Assembly: GCA_965203295.1 (NCBI GenBank)
Contig: CBDBCZ010000013.1
Span: 384,001-448,000, forward strand
Source of the DNA: Nitrospirales bacterium
Lineage (GTDB): Bacteria; Nitrospirota; Nitrospiria; Nitrospirales; UBA8639
Length of the DNA: 64,000 nucleotides
Direction: 5' to 3'
This document shows positions 1-8,930 of the stretch, one piece after another (position 1 is the stretch's first letter; every line of letters begins with the position of its first letter). The notes under the pieces were generated by a model. The model worked only from the letters and a program-made list of their open reading frames with translations, was not told the DNA's origin and did no database searches. The position numbers were made by a program, and so were the translations under genes.

Positions 1-1261
1 AGAAATCAAGAATAACTAGTGCTCCATTAGCTGCTCCACTGATAACCTGGAAATCATCAAATTGCACTGCCATGACCGTGTCAGTGTTATCCTGCAGGGA
101 GAACGGACAAAGACAAAACAGACTGGTCAATGACTGTACTCAATCACACGCTAAATCCAGCGTGAAGAGTGTGCTAGCTATCCTAACCAGCATTGCTCCT
201 CATCTGAGATTGTAGGGTATTAAAAAATACGGTATACATCAATTTTTGTGAATATACATACATCACAACTGCATGAATCCTCATTTCATACACCACAAGC
301 ACATAATTATACATGCATGACAGCTCTTGATTTTTAGATTTCATAGTATAATTATATTATAATGTTTTAGCTGTGCCCACCCTAGCTAAGTGTATCTAAC
401 ACAGACATGGCCGGCGCGCCAAAGGCATGAGGCTGAAAATGGTGCTGTCACTCTTTCTTCTACATGAAAACCTCACTGACATACAAATTGTGAACACACA
501 AATACTGTATCATTCTTCCACCCTTAATTGGAACAACACCCTCAACTCACCCTACCTTCAGTGTTGTGATACAGAGGGTATCACTAGGTGAACCAGCATC
601 CAGTGCTGCTGTCAGGTTCCAGACTTTTTGTTCTACACAGAGAAGATGGGACACATCACAACCACTACTGAAGACATGTCATTGAGTCCAAAGCTGTAGA
701 TAAATAGGTGTTTGGGGATACAGAAGCACCCTGAATACTTCAGAAATAGCTGCAGACTTTTAATCACTGTATCGAACTTCTCACAAGGTATAATATTCTG
801 CCTTCTGCTGCAGCTGCAGCCAAGAACAGGTCCGGCATTAATCTGGTCCAGTTCAAATACATGTAAAAGTGTTCAAATGCAGGAACTTTAGTGTGCTATG
901 ACAGCACTTTTAGATGCCTGAAAATGATGTAGCCTAAGAATACACCCTGATTGTAGCCTTCACAGGCTCTGTGAAGGCTTGTCTAAAAGAAAACAACCAA
1001 ATCGTCTACGGCCCTGGATTAGTAATGGTAAATGCATTATTACTACTCACTCGTCCGCACTTCCACTCAGTATTCTCTTGCTGTAACTCAGAGGATTGAT
1101 TGGGACCAAGCTAGGTGATCTAGTGAGGTTCAGGAATATGTGGATGCAGTAAGGAGTCATCTCACTCCACTCCTCAACACCAGTCAGGAGAGTATGCAGG
1201 ACATTGACCGGGAGCTGAAATACGTAGCAAGGGTGCTGCATGCTCAGTGCAGTTAAGGACT

Positions 1262-1615
1262 GTTGCCAAAAATGGCTACCAATTATTGCCGAAAGTGGCA
1301 ATTAAGATTGTGCCTTCAGCTTCCTGAATAGCGTACAGAACACCCTATATTGCCAGGAATGGCAATTTTACGTACCACTACTTATTATTGTCAAAAATGG
1401 CTACCAATTATTGCCAAAAGTGGCAATTACGTGTCTTCAGCTTCCTATAGGGAATACAACACCCTATATTGCCAATAGTGGCAATTTTACCACTACCTAT
1501 TATTGCCAAAAGTGGCAATTATGAGAGCTTCAGCTAAACTTATTGGCAATTGGTATTCAAAAAATTTCCATTTTTGGCAATTTTTGTTGACCCCAAGGTT
1601 GCCAAAAATGGCTTT
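1262..1615. repeat. Degenerate local repeat array (TTGCCAAAA(A/G)TGGC motifs, direct and inverted)
   Basis: ttgccaaaaatggc / attgccaaaagtggcaatt recurs about 8 times; 1262-1385 and 1388-1500 are near-duplicates. Confidence 0.7.
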
Positions 1616-1633
1616 TGAACATACGTACCTGGT

Positions 1634-1716
1634 GTGAAGAGTACAGCGTTTTTAAAATTCTAGTGCAAAGCATCAACACATGCAGCTTCTGCAGCCTTTG
1701 AAGTAACATGTAATTT
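1634..1716. repeat. Dispersed repeat, inverted copy at ~19960-20050 and partial copy at ~54205-54240
   Basis: tagtgcaaagcatcaacacatgcagcttctgcagcctttgaagtaacatgtaatt matches the reverse complement of 19960-20014. Confidence 0.7.
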
Positions 1717-1979
1717 ATTCGGTTACTTAAAATGTTATAGCTTTCTGAAATGTTACAGCTGCAATAGTGACAGAGAACAACAAGTCTGACATTTCATTTT
1801 TTTTTTTTATTTTTTTTTTTATTTATTTTTTTTATTTATTTTTTTTATTTTTTTTTTTATAGATCAAAAGGGAAGCTCAATAGCACAATAAGCTAATATA
1901 AAGAGCAACCATAAACAAAAAACTGAATAGGGTAGCACAAAGTAAAAGGAATTAGGAATTAGAAAGCAACACTAATAAA

Positions 1980-4900
1980 TTAACATGAGTAATAATTATA
2001 CAAGAGATGTTTGAAGGTTAAAATAGAGGAGCAGTCCTTGATGGAGTGAGGGAGAGAGTTCCAAAGAGAAGAGGAGCTGGGGACAAATGAATGTAAAAAA
2101 GCGGAAGTACATGCGTAAGGGACAAGCAGATTACATGGATGAAAGGAACAGACAGACATGCGAGGCTGAGATCGGAAAAGGAAAGAATTAGGAGGGAAGT
2201 AGACATAGCCATGAAGAATTTTGAAGAGAAAGGTCAGCTTAGAAATTTTACGACGGGTAGAAAGATTGGGGCAGTTGAATTTACGAAGAAGTGACGAGTA
2301 GGAGGAAGACCAATTTTTAGAACATAGTTTTAGAGCGAAGAATTGCACCTTCTCAAGAGAGCTGGTGACAGTAGGAGAGGAAGGATCCCATAGGGTAGAA
2401 CAGTATTCAAGGTGGGGCCGGACAAGAGAGGTATAGAGTTTGAAAAGAGCAGATGGAGAAGAGTGGCGGTAAAAATGACGGAAGAGAAGACCTAAAATTT
2501 TCCTAGATTTACGACAGATAGAATCAATATGTAGAGACCAAGAAAGATTGGAAGAAATAAGAACACCTAAGTATTTGTAAGAGTAAACTAATTCGAGAGA
2601 GGAACCATTAAGATAAAGGGGGGGGGAAAGATGAGAAAAAAGAAGAAGGTTTTAAAGAAATAAACATGTATTTAGTCTTAGAAGAATTAACTGTCAAATA
2701 CTTATCTGAAAACCAAGAAGAAATAAGATCAATATTATGCTGAATCACTGAAATATCAGAAGCAGAATTGCAAGGTATAGAGAGAAGAATATCATCAGCG
2801 TAAAGTATTAATTTAGCAGTAGGAGAGAGAGGAATATTAGACAGACCATTAATGTAGAGAATAAAGAGAAGAGGACCAAGAATAGAACCTTGAGGAACAC
2901 CAGAAAGAACTAATGAGTGACGTGATGATTGACCATTAATTACAACTCGCTGGAGCCTATTAGATAAATAATTACGTAGCCAATAAATCAGTAGAGGAGG
3001 AAGACCAGTAGAAGACAGAGTATCAAGAAGAAGCTTATGAGGAACAGAATCAAAGGCTTTGCGCAGATCAAAGAAAATGGAGCAGACTGAATTGCGTGAA
3101 TCGAGCAAAGAAAAACAATGGTGGGTGAAAGAGAGGAGAGCAGAGACAGTGGAGAACCCAGGGCGAAAACCAAACTGAGAATTTGAGATGACATCATGGC
3201 GATTACAAAAATCAAAAATAAAATTATAAACATGACGTTCTAAAACTTTACTGATTATGGGGAGGAGGGAAATTGGACGGTAATCAGATGGCGAGGAAGA
3301 AGGGGATTTAGTCTTAGGAATTGGAACAATATGTGAGTGCTTCCAATCGGAGGGAAGGATGCCAGATTGTAACGAGAGATTGAAGATGTGCGAAAGAGGA
3401 TAGGCAATAGAGGAAGCAGTAGACTTTAACATACGAGAAGAAATGGCATCAGGACCAGAGGCAGAATCAGAAGAGAGATTAAGAAGAAGTTGAAGAACTT
3501 GCTCTTCAGAGCAGAGAAGCTCAGGAGGGCAAGGAGACGGAGCAGGCCCAAGATGAGTGGAGGGCAGAACTGGACAAGAAGAGTTGAAGCAACTACAGAA
3601 GAAATCATTGAGAAGGTTAGCCTTGGAAGAATCAGAGTAAACAAGACTACCAGAATCAGAAAGAGGGGGGATAGAAGAAGATGATTTACGTAGCTTCTTA
3701 ACAAAAGACCAGAATTGACGAGAAGTAGGAGAGGAAGACAGGCGGGCAAAGAACTTGGCCTTGAGAGACCGAAGAAAAGTGAGAGTGCTATTACGAAAAG
3801 AGCGATAAACAGACCAAGAAAGAGGAGAGTCAGAACGTTTGGCACGCTGGAACAAAGCATTACGTTTTCTAATACGAGAAAGAAAAGAGCGGGTGATCCA
3901 CGGAGGGTGGGGAGGAGAGGAAACAAATTTAGAAGGAATTGTAAGGTGAATAATGCGTAGGAAGGTAAACTTAAAGGTGAGCCAAGCACTATTAACGTCA
4001 GAAGAAGAAAGGATAGAAGACCAAGGAATATTTGAGAGAAAATTGGAAGTTATAGAGAAATCAGCAGATTCATAGAGCCAGACACGACGATAAGGGGAGG
4101 AAGAAGAAGGCGAGGAAACAGGAGAAACAGGAAGACTGAAAAGAATAGAACGATGGTCAGAGTTCGAGATCGGTGGGAGAATATTACAGGAAGAAGGAGA
4201 AAAAGAGGGAGAAATCAAAACAAGGTCAATAAGAGATGGAGAACCAGAGGGTGAGAAGTGAGTAGGGTGAGAAACAATTTGATCAAGAGAGAAAAGATCA
4301 GAAAGAGCATTGATTTGATTAAGGGCAGGAGAGGGAGAGGTATAATCGACATTAAAGTCACCAAGAAGAATAAGGTTAAGCAGGATAGAATGGGGAAGAG
4401 ATTCAAGAACATTTTGAAGAGTGTCGAGGGCATGAGAAGAAGAGGGGGGACGGTAGAAGACTGCAAGGGTGAAGGAAAAATGCTTAGGTTTAACTGAAAG
4501 TAGAAGAAGCTCAATAAGGGAAGATGAACTATAAGAGATAATGGAAGGTGAAAGGGTTGACTTAACATAGACTAGAATACCACCGCCGTGGCGGTTACGA
4601 TCACGGCGAAAGATAGAAAAACCAGGGAGAGATAACTCGGAATCAGAAATATCAGGGGAAAGCCAGGACTCCACTATGCAGATAATATCAGGTGAATGAA
4701 GAGAATTTATTGCAGAAAGTTCATCAAATTTAGGTAGAATGCTACGGGCGTTACAGTAATACACATTCAAAGATCTGGAGGAAGCATTCAAATCGGTAGA
4801 GACAGATTGGATTGTGGTGAAAGAAGGTGTAAGAGTTGCAGAAGCAGAACACGAAGATTGGGAGCTTGGGAGAGAGATGGGGTGGGAAGCAATGGTGGCC

Positions 4901-5331
4901 TGGGACAAGGAGGATGCGGAGGAAGGAGCTGTGGAAGAGTACGATGCTGGAAGGGAGGAGGATGCGGAGGAAGGAGCTGTGGAAGAGTACGTTGCTGGAA
5001 GGGAGGAGGATGACATGGCAGGGGAAGAAGAGGTGGTAGTGCATGGGGATAAAGAGGTTGAGAAGACGGGGTGGGAAGTAACGGTGGCCTGGGACAAGGA
5101 GGTCGAAGAGGAGGGAGCAGTGGAAGAGCAGGATGCTGGAGGGGGAGAGGATGAGATGGCAGAGGAAGAAGAGGTTGCTTGGGAGACTGAGGAAGTGAGG
5201 GTGCACAATGGTGAGAAGGTTGAGCAAGGGGTAAATGAGGATGATGAGCTGGAGGAGGAGGTTGACAAGACAGGCGGCAGGCAATAGGTGGAGGTTTGGG
5301 GGGAGGGGGGCGATGATATAAAAAAGAAGAA
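1980..5331 (-). CDS. LINE ORF2: APE endonuclease + reverse transcriptase, with a frameshift in the G9 run at 2618-2626
   Basis: YCNARS, ESWL, RRDR..GGG, YRPP, GDFN, IDL, SDH (APE); YRPISLL, QFGFR, DLRKAFD, GVPQGSILGP, YADD (RT). After TAA at 2608-2610 another frame continues LYLNGSSLELVYSYKYLGV...WSLHID into ORF 1980-2348. Confidence 0.9.
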
Positions 5332-6944
5332 TTAGGTTGAGAAACTGTAGAGGCATAAACAGTGATGCCAGCAGGAGAACCAGTAGAAGGAACAGCAGCA
5401 GTTGAAAGAGATGGAGAAGCAAAGTGAAGCGCGGGGAGAGGACAGTGAATGAGAGGGGGACAAGGGAGCTGAGTACGACGGGGAAGATGAGGAGTGGAAG
5501 AAATAGAAACACGATTATAAAGAGGAGAAGGGGGAGTGGACGAAGGATGGGGAGGTGGCGGGTAAGGATGGGGGAGCGATAGGAAAGGATGGAGAGGTGG
5601 AGGAATTGGGCGAGGGAGATGAGGAAAAATTGGAGGAGAAGGTAACAGGGGTGGGTAAAGAGGAGAAGAAGCACGATTGAAGGAAGGTGCACGAAGTGGT
5701 AGGAGAGGATGGGAGTGAGAAGGAGGAGGGGGATTTCGAGTAGATGAAGGGGGGTATTGAGAGGGAGGAAGGGATTTTCGAGAGGGAGGGGGGGTTTTCC
5801 GAGAGGGAGGATGGATTTTCTGTGAGGGAGGAGGGGTTTTCTGAGAGGGAGGAGGGGGTTTTCGGGGAAGAGGGGGAAACTCCAAAAAAGAATTCGAAGC
5901 TGGAGAAGCCTTAGAAGTAGTGTGGACAAGGGATGAAGTAAGAGAAGAACTAAAATAAGAAAGGGGAAGGGGCTGAACAATGCGGGCAGGGGAGCTGAGC
6001 ACAGATGGGGGGAGGTGAGAAGGAACAAAAGTAGCATGGAGACTAGGAGAGATATCTACAGAAGATTGAGGGAGAGCAGCAACAACAGAAGAACGTGGGG
6101 AAGCAGCAGTAGAAGTAGGGGTGGAAGTGGGGACAGGTACAGAGTTGCGAGAGGAGGTAATGCTAGAATGAGAGGCAGCGTCACAAGAGCGAGACAAAGC
6201 TGTAGCAACAGAGGAATGCGAAGGAACAATACTAGAGGTAGATACAGAAACAATAGGTCTAGAAAGAACAATGGGAGAAGCCGAACCAGTAGCAAGAGAC
6301 ACAGGGAGTGGGGACGAAGGGGGAACAGCACAGGGAACAGCACAGGGAGAACATGTAGACTGAGTGGGGGAAAGGGCTAAGGAGGAAGGGGACGAATTGG
6401 GGGAAGGGCCAGTAGGGATCGCAGAAAGTGAAGTGAATTTAGAAGAAAGACGAGAAAGATCACTTTCAAGTGAAGCTAACTTATTAGTTATGGTAGATAG
6501 ACTTACAAGAGCAGACTTAATACAGAAAGAACAGACGAACGGGTAAGTAGAAGCAAGAGAAAAGGGGATTTTCACACACTTACAATGTGACCAGGAATGG
6601 CAAAGCTCGCACTCGAGCATAGGGCCCTCCTCCTTTGTACTAGAACAAACACACTTAACTGAAGTGGTTTGGGGCGGGCCAGGGTTGGTTTCGATGTCGC
6701 CGCCAAGTAAAAGGAAGAGGAGGAGTAGCACGGAGGAGTGACGATGGGAGGAGAAACGCCGAGGGCGCCGAGGGTAGAGATGGCGGTTGAGGGAGACGCG
6801 CACACGGAGACGGGGAAGGGGGAGTGAGGCCGAAGGGGAAGGCCAGGGAGGTTCAGGTAGAGGGGGCTCAGGACAAGAGAGCCGACCCAAGCGGTAGAGA
6901 GCACAGCAAACCGCTAGGAGGAGATAAACTTCTACCAGTCGCAT
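4788..6944 (-). CDS. LINE ORF1-like region: hydrophobic leader, 2A-like peptide, PHD finger, coiled coil, Ser/Pro-rich linker
   Basis: LLLLFLLLGGDIETNPGP (2A consensus D-[VI]-E-x-NPGP), then CVC...CELCHSWSHCKC...CSFC (C4HC3), then LTNKLASLESDLSRL-type heptads. The part below ~5320 is probably a shadow frame of ORF2. Confidence 0.8.
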   Translation of the reverse strand: MRLVEVYLLLAVCCALYRLGRLSCPEPPLPEPPWPSPSASLPLPRLRVRVSLNRHLYPRRPRRFSSHRHSSVLLLLFLLLGGDIETNPGPPQTTSVKCVCSSTKEEGPMLECELCHSWSHCKCVKIPFSLASTYPFVCSFCIKSALVSLSTITNKLASLESDLSRLSSKFTSLSAIPTGPSPNSSPSSLALSPTQSTCSPCAVPCAVPPSSPLPVSLATGSASPIVLSRPIVSVSTSSIVPSHSSVATALSRSCDAASHSSITSSRNSVPVPTSTPTSTAASPRSSVVAALPQSSVDISPSLHATFVPSHLPPSVLSSPARIVQPLPLSYFSSSLTSSLVHTTSKASPASNSFLEFPPLPRKPPPPSQKTPPPSQKIHPPSRKTPPPSRKSLPPSQYPPSSTRNPPPPSHSHPLLPLRAPSFNRASSPLYPPLLPSPPIFPHLPRPIPPPLHPFLSLPHPYPPPPHPSSTPPSPLYNRVSISSTPHLPRRTQLPCPPLIHCPLPALHFASPSLSTAAVPSTGSPAGITVYASTVSQPNSSFLYHRPPPPKPPPIACRLSCQPPPPAHHPHLPLAQPSHHCAPSLPQSPKQPLLPLPSHPLPLQHPALPLLPPLRPPCPRPPLLPTPSSQPLYPHALPPLLPLPCHPPPFQQRTLPQLLPPHPPPFQHRTLPQLLPPHPPCPRPPLLPTPSLSQAPNLRVLLLQLLHLLSPQSNLSLPI

Positions 6945-7047
6945 CTTCGCATCTACGTTATTCAGTTAGAGTACCTCAGCATTCTCTTACAAAAGCGCTA
7001 GAAGCTCGGATAAGCGCTCGCAGAGAGCACGGAAGTAACTACTCACA

Positions 7048-7510
7048 ATTTCATGTCTAAAAAACCAGCCGGATGCCTTTCCCGTACAATACACACAACT
7101 CAGCTTAGGCCAAGCTATTAAACTAAAGCTGTAGTCTAGAGCCAGAGATACTATAATATTCCTAGAGCGGTACAGCGAAAGTGCTGACTCAGCAGTTTCG
7201 TCATGCGCCTCCAGTTATTAGCTATACGCCACCAAAACAGGATCTTTACGGCTACCTACCACGTTTTCGCCATCTAGGCAACACAAAACTACCTTCATTT
7301 GCTGTAGCTTGGCCTGCAAACCTCCAAAAGCTGCTATACACTGCAGTTGCATAGTAACGTATGACGTAATATATTGCGCACGTGATAAGTGCGGACGCAC
7401 AACAGTACAATTACAAACAGACAGCTACAGACAAACAAACAAACAGACGCGGAAAACGTAAAGTAATCTTAGTACCAGCCGTTCGCGCGCTGCGCGCGCT
7501 CCGGCTGGTA
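7048..7510 (-). mobile_element. Non-autonomous Helentron/DINE-1-like element; its 3' tip lies at 1780-1797 on the other side of the LINE
   Basis: Minus strand: T-run, ACCAGCCG..CGGCTGGT short inverted repeat, (GTTT/GTCT)n microsatellite, second CCGGCTGGT, then hairpin GACAT-GAA-ATGTC and ACTTGT once the LINE is removed. Confidence 0.65.
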
Positions 7511-7675
7511 AAAAAGAAAAAGCACCCATTGATTGTCTCTGCTTCTATATCCAGACGTAGCTATTAGCTATAGCTAATAGCCTACCAAAACTCGCAGTGA
7601 ACTCTAAGACTTACCTTCGGCATAGGACTCTGTACGGGAGACTTGGAAGCGCTCACTATTACCATATAATATCAT

Positions 7676-8110
7676 ATTATTGCATGAGTCACTGTGCATT
7701 ACAGGAAAATAATGCACGAGTGCGAAGCACGAGTGCATTATTTTCCGTAATGCACAGTGATGAGTGCAATAATGGATTTATTGTATTCTTCTACTGTGTC
7801 CAAACATTCCTGAAACTGAAGATACTTGCCTCTCTCGATTGTATTCTCGCTTTCCTCTAGCCACTCACTACTGGCGACTCCGCAAGAGCGCATAAAATAA
7901 GTTTCCCCGATTGTGGGCGGGGAAACTTATTTTATGCGCTCTTGCTGCATGCACTTCGAACGGTAACCAAGGTTTCTGCGCATGCGCATTAAATAAGCCA
8001 ATCAAATCGTTATTCGTGTACTATAGCAACGGAGTATACATTACCGGAAAATAATGCACAGTTCGCCTACGGAAATTTATACAGGACGCAGTAGAAGTAT
8101 ACAATAAATA
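7676..8110. mobile_element. Palindrome-rich non-autonomous element (GCGAAGC-centred hairpin 7676-7773; perfect hairpin ~7882-7946)
   Basis: Arms pair by inspection; arm sequence repeated at ~8040-8062; 7781-7801 is an imperfect inverted repeat of 8083-8104. Confidence 0.6.
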
Positions 8111-8349
8111 TAGTTATTGCATGGCGCGTGGGCGGATGAAAGGCACCGCCTGTGCCAATATTTGGCATATTGGCACAGTTAACAGTGCCAATATCTGCTC
8201 ATCTTTTTAACCAATTTCCTGTTCCAAATGAAAACTTATAATTAGTAGTCAAAGCAGTACAAAACAGCAACCCAAATACAACCAAAAACTTGCACAAAGC
8301 TAAGCATGGAAATGCACATTAATCGTACAATTCTGGCCTGCTTGAAGGT

Positions 8350-8631
8350 TCATGCCAGATGGACCAGGAGCTGAGGATTCGGTGTCGGTTTTCCAAATCG
8401 ATTCGACTGCTTAAGTGGCTCCATAGATTCCGAGGTCTTTCGCTTCTTAGCTGCCTGCAAATTCTCCTTGCCGAACAATAAGTCCCACTCGGACATGCTA
8501 TCGGGCAAAAGCCTAAGCTCCTCGGCAACTTCCTTTTCCCAGTTGATATTGGCGAAAAGATTAGGGGCAATCGGTTGTCCTGCACCATAGTCGTCAGCCA
8601 GAAAGTCCTCAAAGTTGATGTCAAACTCCAT
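8350..8631 (-). other. Short acidic ORF inside a repeat element that is split by the CACTA insertion
   Basis: ATG-initiated 93-aa ORF, acidic N-terminus, KKRK and RFGKP motifs; gtgccaatat motifs at 8152-8195 match the palindrome arm at 17630-17703. Product not identifiable. Confidence 0.3.
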
Positions 8632-8930
8632 CTTGCTACACTCACTAGCAGAGACTCACTAGCCAACTACAGAAGCCGTACCAGTACACAGCCAGATTTT
8701 CTCAGCCTGTGACAGGCATGTGCACGTACCTGTCGCGTGCTGGAGGCTACACCCCTGTGACGTACATTTTCGGCAGTTTCCTGTTACAGGTATGTGTGAG
8801 TTACAGTCCTGTTACAGGACTCCAGTTGTACATCCCTGTTCCAGCTGTGTAATACTATGAGCTAGTGTTTGTAGCTAGCTACGCTATATAGTGGTAGTGT
8901 ATTATAATCTGCAAAATAAATCAGTCAAAG

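Larger units (their letters stand above)
1798..7047 (-). mobile_element. Full-length APE-type non-LTR retrotransposon (CR1/L2-group LINE)
   Basis: A-rich tail at 1798-1860 (T runs on +), ATTTCAT duplication at 1791-1797 and 7048-7054, internal PHD, APE endonuclease and RT coding sequence. Confidence 0.95.

Noticed and set aside
20..1240. Exon-like minus-strand segments (ORF 1047-1301 and AG/GT-bounded pieces near 550-695 and 45-205)
   Set aside because: Stops in the frames I tried and no recognisable domain; perhaps a pseudogene but not supportable.
2988..6904. Many alternative-frame and antisense ORFs in the LINE (e.g. 4751-6037, 3426-3989, 4814-5287)
   Set aside because: Shadow ORFs caused by extreme purine/pyrimidine strand skew.
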